DNA from: an uncultured Phycisphaerales bacterium
GTDB taxonomy: Bacteria > Planctomycetota > Phycisphaerae > Tepidisphaerales > Tepidisphaeraceae
Length of the DNA stretch: 64,000 nucleotides
NCBI GenBank assembly: GCA_963758525.1
Contig: CAVWVQ010000003.1
Span: forward strand, 4,128,001 to 4,192,000
Reading direction: 5' to 3'
A model generated the notes under the pieces. That model worked only from the letters and a program-made list of their open reading frames with translations, ran no database searches and had not been told where the DNA came from. How positions within the stretch are numbered: position 1 is the first letter of the stretch; every line of letters starts with the position of its first letter. Shown here piece after piece: positions 41,138 to 52,457 of this stretch. Both the position numbers and the translations under genes were made by a program.

Positions 41138-41462
41138 TTGACCTCCACGGCTGTCACTGTGCTTCCTCATTTGACGCGGGATTATATGGGGCGTGTCAGA
41201 TAACGCTATGAGCGATGAGAACTTTCGAAAGGAATGAAAGGAGGGGGGAAGGGGCGGAGGAATGCAGGCACGAAGGCACGAAGGCACGTAGGCACGAAGG
41301 GGAGGACGCTGCGCGGCAGATGTTTTTTATCACATCCCCTTCCTTCCCTTCGTGCCTCCGTGCCTTGTCCCCTTGTCCCTTCGTGCCTTGTCCCCTTGTC
41401 CCTTCGTCCCTATCCCTTCCCGCGTATTCCATCGCCCACCCCGCGCAGCTTACAATCCCCTG

Positions 41463-42617
41463 ATGTCCCTCGTCTATCTGGATAACAACGCGACGACCCG
41501 GCCTGCGGCCGAAGTGGTGGAGGCGATGCTGCCGTTTCTGACGGAGTGGTATGGGAACCCTTCCAGCGTGCACCGCTTCGGGCAGCGGGCGCGCCAGGCG
41601 ATCGAGGAGGCGCGGTCGCGGGTGGCGGCATTGATCGGGGCCGCGGAAGCGGAACTCTCGTTCACCGGCGGGGGAACCGAGGCAGTGAACACGGCCATTC
41701 GCGGAATTCTTGCGGGACGCGCTCCGCGAAGGCGAATTGTGATCAGCAGCATCGAACACTCGGCCACGCGCGAGTTGTGCGCGGCGCTCACCCGCGACGG
41801 GTGCGAAATTGTCGAGATCGCGGTCAGCCCGGATGGATCGCTCGATCTGGATCAGTTGCGGAGCCAGCTCAACGACGAGACGGCGCTCGTGAGCCTGATG
41901 TGGGCGAACAACGAGACGGGCGTGCTGTTTCCGGTGGCGCAGATCGGTGAGTGGTGTCGCGCCGCGCGGGTGCCGTTTCATTGTGACGGCACGCAGGCGG
42001 TGGGGAAGATTCCCGTCGACGTGAAGGGGGCGAAGCTTGATGCCATGAGCCTGGCGTCGCACAAATTTCACGGCCCCAAGGGGATCGGTGCGCTGTTCGT
42101 GCGGCGGGGGCTGCGCGTCGGTCCGTTGATCATCGGCGGCCCGCAGGAGCGCGGAAAGCGCGGGGGAACGGAAAATGTTCCGGCGATCGTCGGAATGGGC
42201 AAGGCCGCCGAACTGGCGGGTGAGGCGCTGCCGGGCATGGCACGGGTGGCGGTTCTGCGCGACCGTTTGGAACGGGAGATCCTGGCGCGCATCGATCAGA
42301 CCGCGGTCAACGGACGGACCGATCAGCGGCTTCCCAACACGACCAACATCGGCTTTGCCCGCCTCGAGGCCGAGGCGATTCTTCTGCTGCTCAGCGAGAT
42401 GTCGATTTGCGCGTCGGCCGGCGCCGCGTGCAGCAGCGGAAGCCTGGAGCCGTCCCACGTTCTGCGAGGCATGCGGGTTCCCGAGCATTTCGCCCACGGC
42501 GCCATTCGGTTCAGTCTGTCCCGGTACACCACCGAGGCTGAGATCGACAGGACGCTGGAGGTGCTGCCTCGCATCATTACGAAGTTGCGCAGTGATGCCG
42601 GTGGGGTGAGGAACTGA
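41463..42617 (+). CDS. iscS: Cysteine desulfurase (IscS/NifS type)
   Basis: YLDNNATT, ANNETG, SHKFHGPKG, AACSSG. Confidence 0.92.
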   Translation: MSLVYLDNNATTRPAAEVVEAMLPFLTEWYGNPSSVHRFGQRARQAIEEARSRVAALIGAAEAELSFTGGGTEAVNTAIRGILAGRAPRRRIVISSIEHSATRELCAALTRDGCEIVEIAVSPDGSLDLDQLRSQLNDETALVSLMWANNETGVLFPVAQIGEWCRAARVPFHCDGTQAVGKIPVDVKGAKLDAMSLASHKFHGPKGIGALFVRRGLRVGPLIIGGPQERGKRGGTENVPAIVGMGKAAELAGEALPGMARVAVLRDRLEREILARIDQTAVNGRTDQRLPNTTNIGFARLEAEAILLLLSEMSICASAGAACSSGSLEPSHVLRGMRVPEHFAHGAIRFSLSRYTTEAEIDRTLEVLPRIITKLRSDAGGVRN

Positions 42618-42683
42618 ACCCCCCCCGCCCCTCACGGCCGCTGGACATCTTCGCCATGTCCGCGCACCATCCCGCGAGCTTTT

Positions 42684-43726
42684 ATGTGGAACGACGCTCT
42701 CGAGCCGCACATCCTTTCGACGATGACGACGGCGTTTTTGCTGATCCTCTCGGCCAGCGCGCTTTATGCCGCCTGTCTGGTCGCGCTGCGAGCGGCGCTC
42801 GATCCGTCGGTGGCGAATCCAGGCCGGCGCGCATTGTGCCAGTGGATTCCGGTGGTCGCGACGGCGATCGCGGCAATCCTGATGCGGCATCCGGAAATCG
42901 CGGTCGCCGTCATCTTCGGCACCAGCGTCGCGTATCTTTCGCTGGTTTTGGGCATGGCGAATTACGTCGCCCCCATGAACCCCGATGAGCCGCGGCCACG
43001 GATCTGGGCGTTTGTGCTGGCCCCGGCGCTGCTGGCGCTGGTCGCCGGGTTCAGCGGGGTCTTGACCGGGATCGATGCGGCGATGCTGCTCATTCTTGGA
43101 ATGACAATCTTTGCACTCTGGCACGAAGATTTTGAAAGCGGCGCAATCGCCGCCCCGCGCAGGAGCGAAGCAGAACCTTTCGTGAGATGGGCTGGACGCG
43201 GTGGGTGCAACTGATCGGCGCGGTCGGTCTGGCGTGCGTCGCGGGGAAAGCCGCCGTGACGGCCGCGGTGTCGGCTGCTCAGCAGGCGCGACTGCCGAGT
43301 GAATCGCTGGTTGCATTGAGCGTACTGAGTCCGATGCTCACGCTCCCCTCGCTGCGCACGTGCGTGACTGTCGCCGAGCGTGGCGACGCGCACGGCGCGA
43401 TCTCGGCCGTCGTGGGCACAGTGCTGCTGAACATCTGCGTTTTGCTTCCGGTGAGTGTGCTGCTGTGGTGTTACCTTTCGGGAATCTCATTAAATCCGCT
43501 GCCCCTGTTGCAATCCGCCTCCGCGGATCTGCCCGCACCGGCGCAGGGTCTGATCTATTCCGGCGGGATTTGGCGGCTTGAAACCGTCGCGCTGGTCATT
43601 CTCGGATTCGCCCTGGTTCCCGTCGCCCTGGGCAGAATCACCTTGGCGCGAATGGAATCGGCGGTGCTTGTCATCGGGTACGCGCTGTACCTCGCCGCGG
43701 TCGCGTGGTCTGAAAGACGCGGATAA
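42684..43726 (+). CDS. Na+/Ca2+ exchanger-like membrane protein (frameshift near 43195)
   Basis: Two hydrophobic halves with A...IFGTS and A...VVGTVLLN repeats. Confidence 0.55.
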
Positions 43727-43789
43727 GCGCCCGCACACGAATCACTCGCTCAAACTAATTTCGATGTCGGCGGAGGGGGCGATTCCCTT

Positions 43790-43842
43790 GTAGCACAGCC
43801 GTCTCGGCTGTGATTGAGCCACAGCCGAGACGGCTGTTCTAC
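43790..43842. repeat. GTAG-type REP doublet (GTAGCACAGCCGTCTCGGCTGTG)
   Basis: Inverted pair between convergent genes. Confidence 0.75.
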
Positions 43843-43926
43843 GCAATTGCGTCACTTTCAGCTTCGAAAACGAATGAGTTATTCGTGCGCGAGCACGAAG
43901 CCGATTTCGCGGCTGGGCCTGCACGT

Positions 43927-44757
43927 TCAGACTTTCGGATGTGGAGTGAACAGCACGTCCTTGCCGTTTTCCTTCCGCAGCTCGAAATCGGCAAAAAAGT
44001 TGGGAGCTTCGTGACGCATGATCTCCCACACCGCGATCGCGACGGCGCGAATTTCGTCTTCGGCGTGAAAATTGCCGCGGAGATAGAGGAAATGGCGGAT
44101 CGCGCGGGCGTTGGCGGTGACGAACACCTTGGTTTCCGTCGCGTTGGGCAGAATCGAGCGGGCCGCCTGACGGGCCATCTTGCGGCGGTCGGTTTTCGGC
44201 AGATCGGGCGATTCCTGTTCGATTCGGGCCGAGAGCTTGTTCGTGAGCTCGATGTAGGCGCGCTGACACTCGGCGACGGTTTTCACAAACAGCGCATGCA
44301 GCTCCGGATCGGCAGCGATGACCGGCGGCTCGACAAACTCGCACTGCGATTCGTCGACATATCGCTGGCTCAATTGCGAATAGCTGAACCCGGCGCGATG
44401 GCGGATCAGCTCGTGCGTGAAGGAGCGTGAGACGCCGGTGATGACGAAGTTGTACGACGCGTGCTCGAGCACGCTGCCGTGCCCGACCTCGACGATGTTT
44501 CGCAAATAGGAGCTGTTTCCGCCCGGTCGCGGCTTTGCAAACGACATGTAGCAGATCCGCCCCGCAATTTCCGTGAGCTTTTGGCCGGCCTCCTCGGTGT
44601 CGGTCGACCAGTCCTGCACGTCGTGATCGGCGAGAAAGCGTTCGATTTCCGCCGGTTCGGTCGCCTGCTTTCCGACGAGATAGACCTCGGGCTTACGTCG
44701 AATCTTGACGCCGCTTTCCATGACAACCGGTTCGACCAGTGATTCAGCCTGCGACAT
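43927..44757 (-). CDS. thyX: FAD-dependent thymidylate synthase
   Basis: GHGSVLEH, RHR..FSYSQLSQRY, ARSILP motifs. Confidence 0.95.
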   Translation of the reverse strand: MSQAESLVEPVVMESGVKIRRKPEVYLVGKQATEPAEIERFLADHDVQDWSTDTEEAGQKLTEIAGRICYMSFAKPRPGGNSSYLRNIVEVGHGSVLEHASYNFVITGVSRSFTHELIRHRAGFSYSQLSQRYVDESQCEFVEPPVIAADPELHALFVKTVAECQRAYIELTNKLSARIEQESPDLPKTDRRKMARQAARSILPNATETKVFVTANARAIRHFLYLRGNFHAEDEIRAVAIAVWEIMRHEAPNFFADFELRKENGKDVLFTPHPKV

Positions 44758-44974
44758 GGCACTCCCTTGGCAAGTCCGAAAAGTTGACCCGAGGCGAAGT
44801 CTAGTCAACGGGGGCGAGGTTTCAAATATGCTGCGATCGCAGAGGCCGGCGCAAAGGAGCAAACCGCGTTTGCACGGCGGCAATTGCAGGCTGGAAGCCT
44901 GCACCACAAGAGGTTCCCGGAAGCTCACAAGCGGTTACTATCTCCGCGACCAAAACAGAAAGGCGGAACCGCGC

Positions 44975-45781
44975 ATGCTGAAAGCAGGAGATGGGCAGGA
45001 AAGTTGGAGGGTATTTCGGATCATGACCGAATTTGTCGAGGGTTTTGAAGAACTCTCGACGCTGGGGAGGGCGGTGACGATCTTCGGCTCGGCGCGCACG
45101 AAGCCGGAGGACCGTTTTTATCGCGAAGCCGAGGAGACGGCGCGGCTGCTGGCGAAAGCGGGATTCGGCATCATCACCGGCGGCGGGCCGGGAATCATGG
45201 AAGCGGCCAACAAGGGAGCGTTTGATACCGGCTCGCCCTCGATCGGGCTGAACATCTCATTGCCTCACGAACAGGAGAGCAATCGCTATCAGACCATCAG
45301 CCTGGATTTCCATTACTTCTATGCCCGCAAGGTGATGTTCGTGAAGTACGCCTCGGCGTTCATCTGCTTCCCCGGCGGCTACGGAACGCTCGACGAATTC
45401 TTCGAAACACTGACGCTTGTGCAGACAATGAAGATCGAAGCATTTCCGATCCTCCTGTATGGTTCTGAGCACTGGAGCGGGCTGGTCGATTGGATGCGCA
45501 AGCAGTTGATTCCGCATTTCATCGATGGAGAAGACATCGACATCTTTCGCCTGGTTGACAGCCCCGCCGACGCGGTGCGCGAAGTGCGCCGCGGCGTGCG
45601 CAAGCACTGGTGGCGTCCTTTGGATGACGAATTGAAGGAGGCGTCCGGCCCATCCCGCCGCGGCAAAGTTCCTCTCAGCGGGGCCAAAACCTCCGATACG
45701 GGCGAGGGCACGCGCTACGGCAAACGACCGAAAGCCGCAGTCGGGAAACACGCGAAGGCGGGGAAGAAGCCGACGCAGTGA
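44975..45781 (+). CDS. LOG family (TIGR00730-like) nucleotide-binding protein
   Basis: FGSART, TGGGPGIMEA, PGGYGTLDE. Confidence 0.92.
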   Translation: MLKAGDGQESWRVFRIMTEFVEGFEELSTLGRAVTIFGSARTKPEDRFYREAEETARLLAKAGFGIITGGGPGIMEAANKGAFDTGSPSIGLNISLPHEQESNRYQTISLDFHYFYARKVMFVKYASAFICFPGGYGTLDEFFETLTLVQTMKIEAFPILLYGSEHWSGLVDWMRKQLIPHFIDGEDIDIFRLVDSPADAVREVRRGVRKHWWRPLDDELKEASGPSRRGKVPLSGAKTSDTGEGTRYGKRPKAAVGKHAKAGKKPTQ

Positions 45782-45854
45782 GGGGGAGGAGCAAGAGGTC
45801 GGAAGTCAGGAGTCAGGAGTCAGGAGTCAAGAAAGTCAGGAGTCTGGTCTCAAC

Positions 45855-46787
45855 TCAGCGGGCGGGCCTTGTCGTTGGGGCCGCGTCATCGGTGGGCATT
45901 CCCTGCAGCAATGCATCTACCTCGGTGTTCACCGGCTTCATTACGTAGATTTGTCCGAGTTTGGGATCGTCTTTCACCCTGATCACTTCGAAGCTCTGGT
46001 TCAATCTCATGATGTGTCCGACTTTGGCGGGGTACGAGCCGAGCAAAGTCAGGCTGACTCGCTCGGCCTCGATTGCCGATGTTTGAATGCCCTCGGCAAC
46101 TTTGGCGTTCGTCTCGGAGCCGGGTACCTCGGCGTCGAATTGCCCGGTGACGCCTTCGTCGCTGACAGAGGTGACCATCAGGTCGGGAACGAGCCCTTTA
46201 CTTCCGATGCGAAGAGGTGCGGCAAGACGGAAGGTGCCTCGGATTGCGCTGAGTAACTGCCCCCTCCACTGCGTTGCCTTCTGAAGCGCGGCTTTGTGCG
46301 CGACGAGCTGCTGCTTGTCCGCCGTCAGTTCTTTCTGGTCGTCGGCGAGCACCGGATCCTGCATGACCGCGTCCCGCTCCATTTTCGCAAGGGCGAGCCG
46401 GGCCTTGTTGAACCGCGAACTGGCGTCGAGTTTGTCGAGGCCCTGCGACGTTTTGCGGTCGGCGTCGGCCTGTTTCATCTCCGCGGCCAGTTCGATGTAT
46501 TTCGCGGTGGCCCTGACCGCCGCCACCGCGCGTGTCTGCCCCGGGCCCATGTCTTTTTCCAACTGTTCGATATCGTGATTTGTCTCGGCGATCGAGTCGT
46601 TGAGCCGATCCACGTCCTTATTCAGCAACGCGCGCACCTCGCTGGTGGTTCCCTTCAAGTAATCCGTCAGCGCCCAGACGGTTTCGCCCTTGTCGTTCTT
46701 CGTGTAGAAGTCGGAAGCGTCATCTGCCAGCGCATGCGCAGCGAAGCAGAACGCCAAGCTCAATGCGAGGAAATGGAGTTTTCTCAC
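45855..46787 (-). CDS. Secreted coiled-coil hypothetical protein
   Basis: Signal peptide (AHA-LA), helical body. Confidence 0.6.
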   Translation of the reverse strand: MRKLHFLALSLAFCFAAHALADDASDFYTKNDKGETVWALTDYLKGTTSEVRALLNKDVDRLNDSIAETNHDIEQLEKDMGPGQTRAVAAVRATAKYIELAAEMKQADADRKTSQGLDKLDASSRFNKARLALAKMERDAVMQDPVLADDQKELTADKQQLVAHKAALQKATQWRGQLLSAIRGTFRLAAPLRIGSKGLVPDLMVTSVSDEGVTGQFDAEVPGSETNAKVAEGIQTSAIEAERVSLTLLGSYPAKVGHIMRLNQSFEVIRVKDDPKLGQIYVMKPVNTEVDALLQGMPTDDAAPTTRPAR

Positions 46788-46806
46788 GACATTTGTCCTT
46801 CCCGCG

Positions 46807-48504
46807 CTAGCGGGCGCCGTGCGTCTGTGATGGATCGGACGTGGTGACAGGCAGCACGACCGTGAACGTCGTCCCTTCCTTGGGCACACTCTTGACGGAA
46901 ATCGTTCCCTCGTGCTCCTCGACAATCTTCTTGGCTACTGCCAACCCCAGTCCCGTGCCGCGGTTCCCTTTGGTGGAATGGAACAGCTCGAACATGTGAT
47001 TCATCATGGCGGGGGGGATGCCAATTCCATTGTCAATCACCTCGAAAATAGTCTGACGATTGTCCTCCTCATATCTGCACTCCACGCGAATGAGCCCCTC
47101 CTGCGGCTCAACCGCATCCAGCGCATTGCTGAGCAGATTCATCAGCACCTGATGAATCCCCGATGGATCGAGCGGAACGGCAGGCATGTCTTCTTCGACG
47201 TCGGCCACCACCATTGCCCCTTTTGCATTGGCCGATTGCGCGAGCAACTCCATGCAGTCGTTCACCAGCGTCTTGAGATTCACCAGTTCCAGTTGCGGCT
47301 CGCGAGGTTTGCTGTAGGCGAGAAGGTTCATCGTCAGCGTGTAGATCTTATTGAGATTTCGTTCGACGATCCGCCATCCCTTCGCGGTCTGCGCGAGGTT
47401 TGCGGAACGCAAACCCATTTCGACAACGTCGCCCCCGCCACGCAGGGCCTGGAGGATGTTCTTGATCGAGTGCGAAAGAGCGGCGGTGGTCTCGCCGACG
47501 GCAGCGAGGCGTTCGGCTTCCATTCCGGCTTGAAACAGCTTGGAGTTCTGGATGGCCATGCCTGCCTGCAGCCCGATTGCGGTCAGGAGGCGGAGCTGAT
47601 CGGGGGCATACGTGTAGTTCTTGACCGAGCTGTCGACGTAGATCACGCCGATGATTTCGTCCGCCGCCTGCGCCGCCAGTTTCTTGGCCTTGATCGGAAC
47701 GCACAGCGCGGAGCGGATGCCCAAATTGTGGACGCTCTTTCCCTTGGTGAAGCGCTGGTCCGCCATGGCGTTGCTCGACAGGACGCCTTCGGCCGTGGTG
47801 ATGACATGATTGATAATGGTGCGGGAGGCGTGAATCTTTTCGGGCGCGGGCTTGGCGGCGGACTCGCCCTCGGCGGGGGCGGCCTTGGGCTCGGCGTCGT
47901 CGCGGGAGCGGACGACCTTGGGGATCAGTTCACCATTCTTCGGATCGATCAAAATGATGATTCCGCGATCGGCTTTCATGTGCTCGAACACCAGGTCCAT
48001 GACGACCTCAAGCACCTGATCGACGTTGAAGCTGCTCCCCAGCGCCGCGCTGAGCTGATAGAGGGCCTTGAGATTCGCGGCAGCGGCGGCGGCTGGTTCG
48101 GGGACGGCAAGCACCACCGAGTCTTCGCTGCTGGGCATGGTGTGCATGATTGCACTGTCCATGCCGCTTTCCTCGCCCGCGAGGGAGACGTTTCCCTTGT
48201 TGCTGCGCGAGATGCCGGGAGCCGCGCCAAAGACCATCAGTGTGCGGCCGACGCGCACCTGGTCGCCGATTTTCAGGTATTGCCGTTCGCGAACCCGCTG
48301 GCCGTTGACGTAGGTTCCGTTGCTGCTGCCCGCGTCGCGCACGAGCCATTCGCCGTTGTCGGGAACCAGCTCGGCATGTCTCCGGCTGACGGTGTTATCG
48401 GTGAGGGGGAGTTGCCGGCTGTCGCGGCCGACGAGCGTCGCGCTGTCCGGCAGCTCAAAGCGACGTCCCTTGTCAGGACCCTGAATGACCAGCAGCGTAA
48501 GCAC
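46807..48504 (-). CDS. FHA-GAF-histidine kinase
   Basis: VGR..VSRRHA..SSNGT (FHA); GAF; SHSIKN, NALDA, DNGIG, GTGLGL. Confidence 0.92.
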   Translation of the reverse strand: MLTLLVIQGPDKGRRFELPDSATLVGRDSRQLPLTDNTVSRRHAELVPDNGEWLVRDAGSSNGTYVNGQRVRERQYLKIGDQVRVGRTLMVFGAAPGISRSNKGNVSLAGEESGMDSAIMHTMPSSEDSVVLAVPEPAAAAAANLKALYQLSAALGSSFNVDQVLEVVMDLVFEHMKADRGIIILIDPKNGELIPKVVRSRDDAEPKAAPAEGESAAKPAPEKIHASRTIINHVITTAEGVLSSNAMADQRFTKGKSVHNLGIRSALCVPIKAKKLAAQAADEIIGVIYVDSSVKNYTYAPDQLRLLTAIGLQAGMAIQNSKLFQAGMEAERLAAVGETTAALSHSIKNILQALRGGGDVVEMGLRSANLAQTAKGWRIVERNLNKIYTLTMNLLAYSKPREPQLELVNLKTLVNDCMELLAQSANAKGAMVVADVEEDMPAVPLDPSGIHQVLMNLLSNALDAVEPQEGLIRVECRYEEDNRQTIFEVIDNGIGIPPAMMNHMFELFHSTKGNRGTGLGLAVAKKIVEEHEGTISVKSVPKEGTTFTVVLPVTTSDPSQTHGAR

Positions 48505-48662
48505 GAGAAGCTAGTGTAGCAACGTGCGAAGCCGCTGGCACTATCAGGCCTTGGCGCAGCGATCACGCGCGCATGCATCTTCCCCCTCCCCTGGTACCAG
48601 GGGAGGGGGGAAAGTGGATGTCGCTGTGAATTAAATTGTGCAGGAAATTCGCGCACGCCCCA

Positions 48663-50264
48663 TCACACCGCTGCCGCCGCGACGGCAACATCTTCCTTCG
48701 CTTTGGCGGCCAGGAAAGTGCGCCAGAGCCAGAAGACGAGCCCGACGAGCACCGCAAGCCCTGCGAGGAACAGGACTTTCCCCATCGGGGTGGTAAAGAT
48801 GAGGAACAGGCCCGCGGAAAATGTTCCCGCGCCCAGAATCAGGCAGACGGGCAATGTGAGCACCCAAGCCAACAGCAAATTGCGCAACGTGTTCATCTGA
48901 AGGCCCGAATGATTGGCGGCCATCGTCCCGGCGACGCCCGACGAAAGCACGTGCGTCGTGCTGACCGGCAGTCCGAACATGTCGGCGGCGCCGATGGTCA
49001 TCATCGCGACCAACTCCGCGGATGCCCCCTGGGCGTAGGTCAGATGCTCCTTGCCAATCTTTTCGCCGACGGTGACGACGATCCGCTTCCAGCCGATCAT
49101 CGTTCCCAGGCCCAGCGACATTGCAACCGCCACCTTGACCCACATTGGGATGTATTGCGTGGCTCCGGTCAGCTCGGTCTTGTAGTCGGTCAGCGCTTTC
49201 TCATCGCCCGCTTCCTTGAGCAGTTTCTGTGTCTTGAGCTTGCCGATGGTTCCGCCGAGCAGATAAATCCGGGTGCGGACGGCTTTGACCTGATCCTCGG
49301 GAAAATCGCGGAAGCTGTTTTTGCCGGCCAGGTCCGTTACGAGCTGATGGTTGATCACGGCCATCGCGGAATAGGTGCGATCGCTCACCTTGCCGGTCGT
49401 TTTCAGATAGTCAGACAAGACGTTGGGGGCTTCGTCGGGGGTGACCTGGGCGGCGACGTGAGTGTCGAGCGAGGCCGCCACGCTGCTTGCCGACGCCTCG
49501 AGCTTCTGGAGCGCGGCGGAATTCGCCCCCATGTTCAAGGCGTAAGCGCCAGGGAGAATGCCGATGAGGATCAACAGGATAAGCCCCATTCCCTTCTGGC
49601 CGTCGTTGGACCCGTGGGCGAAGCTCACGCCGGTGCACGTGAGCACCAGCAGCGCGCGAATGGGCATCGGCGGGGGAACATCCTTGGCCGGAGCGGTATA
49701 GAGCGCCGGCTTGCGGATCAGCGACTTCATCACAAGCAGCAGCACCGCCGAGCAGACAAATCCCACCACCGGTGAGACGAGCAGAGAGGTGAAGACTTCG
49801 GTGACTTTGTGCCAGTTGACGCCTTCCCCGAAGACGTGCCCCTTGGCCAGCAGCGAGTTGGCAAGGCCGACGCCCATGATCGATCCGATCAGCGTGTGCG
49901 AGCTGGAAGCGGGCAGGCCGAGGTACCACGTGCCCAGATTCCAGATAATCGCGGAAATCAGAAGCGCGAAGACCATGGCAAATCCGGTGGCCGAACCGAT
50001 GTTGACCACCAGTTCCACGGGCAGCAGCGCCAAAATGCTGAACGCGACCGCCCCCGTGGAGGTCAGCACCCCAATCAGGTTCCAGCAACCTGACCAGATG
50101 ACCGCGATCCACGGCGGCAGCGTGTGCGTGTAAATGACGGTTGCCACCGCGTTGGCGGTGTCGTGAAACCCGTTCACAAATTCAAAGCCCAGCGCCAGCC
50201 CGAGCGCGAGGACGAGAAAAATGCCCGTTCCCATGGATAGGGAGTCCGCCAGAATCAGGTGCAT
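48663..50264 (-). CDS. pitA: PiT family inorganic phosphate transporter
   Basis: NGFHDTANA, PASSSH, AHGSNDGQK, PVSTTH. Confidence 0.92.
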   Translation of the reverse strand: MHLILADSLSMGTGIFLVLALGLALGFEFVNGFHDTANAVATVIYTHTLPPWIAVIWSGCWNLIGVLTSTGAVAFSILALLPVELVVNIGSATGFAMVFALLISAIIWNLGTWYLGLPASSSHTLIGSIMGVGLANSLLAKGHVFGEGVNWHKVTEVFTSLLVSPVVGFVCSAVLLLVMKSLIRKPALYTAPAKDVPPPMPIRALLVLTCTGVSFAHGSNDGQKGMGLILLILIGILPGAYALNMGANSAALQKLEASASSVAASLDTHVAAQVTPDEAPNVLSDYLKTTGKVSDRTYSAMAVINHQLVTDLAGKNSFRDFPEDQVKAVRTRIYLLGGTIGKLKTQKLLKEAGDEKALTDYKTELTGATQYIPMWVKVAVAMSLGLGTMIGWKRIVVTVGEKIGKEHLTYAQGASAELVAMMTIGAADMFGLPVSTTHVLSSGVAGTMAANHSGLQMNTLRNLLLAWVLTLPVCLILGAGTFSAGLFLIFTTPMGKVLFLAGLAVLVGLVFWLWRTFLAAKAKEDVAVAAAAV

Positions 50265-50442
50265 GGATTTGCCTCGCCAAAAACCGAAGGCGTCAGCGTG
50301 CCCGCGCTGAACTCCTCCGCCACAGGTTCTTTTCAGCGGGAAACTCTAACGAGCCGTTCGGGGCGATGTGTTACGAAGATATGAAGATTTCGTGAAGGCG
50401 ACCAAGTGCGGTGCACAGCACCAAATTGCAAACGATGGAACG

Positions 50443-52155
50443 TTACTGGAGGTTCGCGTCTTCCTGCATGACCACATTGTTGTAACGCAGCAGCGTCCCC
50501 TTGGAACGCTCGAGGTGCGCGATCGCGTTGTTATAGTTGCTCAACGCGTTGGCCTCCTCGCGTTGGGCGTCGGCAAGACGCTCCTGCGAATCCAGCTTGA
50601 GCTGCACAAATGTCGGCGTTAACGCCTCGCCGTGTTCCTGCTGTTGCTCGATTGCCAGCAGGGAGTCCGACGCGGCGAAGCGCGCCTGACGCCGCGCGCC
50701 CAGCTCTTCCCAGGTCGTATGCACTTCCCGCAAGGAGGTTTTCACGTCCTGCGAGACCTGCTCGACGAGAAAGCCGTACTGTTCGATGGCCTGTGACCGC
50801 TGCAATTGGGACCGGCGGAAGATCGATCGCGCTTCGCGATTTCCAATTGGCACCTCCAGTTGCAGCCCGATCGAATAGCTGATGTGCCCGTCGCTGAATT
50901 GCTGGCGAATCGCGTTGCCGTCGCTTTCGGAAAGTCCTTGAAGACCAAGGGTGGTCTGCAGATCGAGCTTGGGATACAGGCCGTTCTTGGCCACCAACAT
51001 TGCGGTGTCGGCCGAACTGATGCGGATCTGCTGTTCGCCCAGCTCGTAGCGGTTCTCCAGCGCGGTGTCGATCTGCTCCTTCGGGTCGAACTGAATCAGC
51101 GATTCCAGAGGAAGATCGGAGCTGAGGATGACGACTGCGCCGCTCACGGGGAATTCCGGATCGTTCATCCGGCGTTTCAGATCGTCGGACAGATCCCCGA
51201 GCCGGGCTCTTGCTGCGATCAGCACTGCCTCGCGCGATCTCACGGAAGCGGTCGCCTGCGAAACCTGCACGCGCGATACGTCGCCGCCGGCGACGAAGCG
51301 TTTGATCAGCACGTCGGCGGTGTCGCGGGTGCGGTTGAGAAGCTCCTCCTGAATGATGACTTCCTGCTCGGCCTCCACCAATTGCCAGTAGTCTTTCTCA
51401 ATCTCGGCGATGTTGTCTTCGAGCGCTTTGCGGAAGTCGAGAATGCTGACGCGCTGATCGTTGCGCGCGATCGTGATGCGCGCCCGGTTCACGTCGGCGC
51501 CAAATTCCCGAAGCAACGGCTGGTCCAGTTGCAGCTTGAGCTGATTTTCCCAAAAGGGATTGGTGGTAAACGTCTTCGGCGTGAAGTCGCTGTCCTGCAT
51601 TTGATAGCTGATCGACGCCTGGCCGCCGCTGGCCAACTCCTGCTTCACGCCCGGTTCGATTGTATAGATATCGCCGCGTTCGACATTCAACAGAATGTTC
51701 TTGAGCGGGTTCTCCGGATCGGGGATCAACTGCCCGGCGGTCCGCTGATCGCGGTGCTCGTATTTGAGGTTCGTGAAGAAAATCGGGTCGAAGTGGGCGT
51801 CCGCCTCGATAACCTTGGTCTGGGCGATTGCCGCATCGTATCCGGCGACCTTGACCTCCCGGCTGCTGACGACCGATCGCTGCACGATCTCGCGCAGGCT
51901 CATCCGCACCGTCGGCTCGTTGCCGAGCGGGCGGACTTTGGTGGAGCTGTTGGTGGTTGGCGCCTGTTCTGGCGGCGGGAGTGACTGAAGCGTGGTCGGC
52001 AGCGGCTTCATGGGAAGCGGCTGCAGTTGCGTGGCGCTGCTTCGGTCCGGCTGCTGCAAATCGCGGGGATCAAACGGCGCCGGCTCACTAAGACCGCAGC
52101 CGGCCAAGATTGCCGCGGCAACGGAAAGTCCAGCCATCCTGACTGCTCTGTGCAT
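50443..52155 (-). CDS. TolC family outer membrane protein
   Basis: LAGC lipobox; OEP-like repeats (QPLLR, YWQL, PKLDL, PIGNR). Confidence 0.85.
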   Translation of the reverse strand: MHRAVRMAGLSVAAAILAGCGLSEPAPFDPRDLQQPDRSSATQLQPLPMKPLPTTLQSLPPPEQAPTTNSSTKVRPLGNEPTVRMSLREIVQRSVVSSREVKVAGYDAAIAQTKVIEADAHFDPIFFTNLKYEHRDQRTAGQLIPDPENPLKNILLNVERGDIYTIEPGVKQELASGGQASISYQMQDSDFTPKTFTTNPFWENQLKLQLDQPLLREFGADVNRARITIARNDQRVSILDFRKALEDNIAEIEKDYWQLVEAEQEVIIQEELLNRTRDTADVLIKRFVAGGDVSRVQVSQATASVRSREAVLIAARARLGDLSDDLKRRMNDPEFPVSGAVVILSSDLPLESLIQFDPKEQIDTALENRYELGEQQIRISSADTAMLVAKNGLYPKLDLQTTLGLQGLSESDGNAIRQQFSDGHISYSIGLQLEVPIGNREARSIFRRSQLQRSQAIEQYGFLVEQVSQDVKTSLREVHTTWEELGARRQARFAASDSLLAIEQQQEHGEALTPTFVQLKLDSQERLADAQREEANALSNYNNAIAHLERSKGTLLRYNNVVMQEDANLQ

Positions 52156-52457
52156 GCTCCCTCGTTCCGCGCCTCAACGGTGTTCCACATCAAAAGGCGA
52201 ATTATAAGTTGATGCGACGGCTCCGCCAGTCATTCTCGAAGACGAAATACAAAGAAGCGCCGGCAACGCTCATGCGCGCGCCGCACGCCGAGATATCGTC
52301 CATTGCCGTCGCCCAACTGTCATAAATTGGACGCAATCGCCGATCCGATTCAATGACGGCCCTGATCCTTGCCCAGGTCCGATATTTTCCGGGGTTGTCG
52401 ACCTAAGAGGGAAATTCCCGTTGGCGATCTGAAAATCGCTTGTTACTATGCGGATAT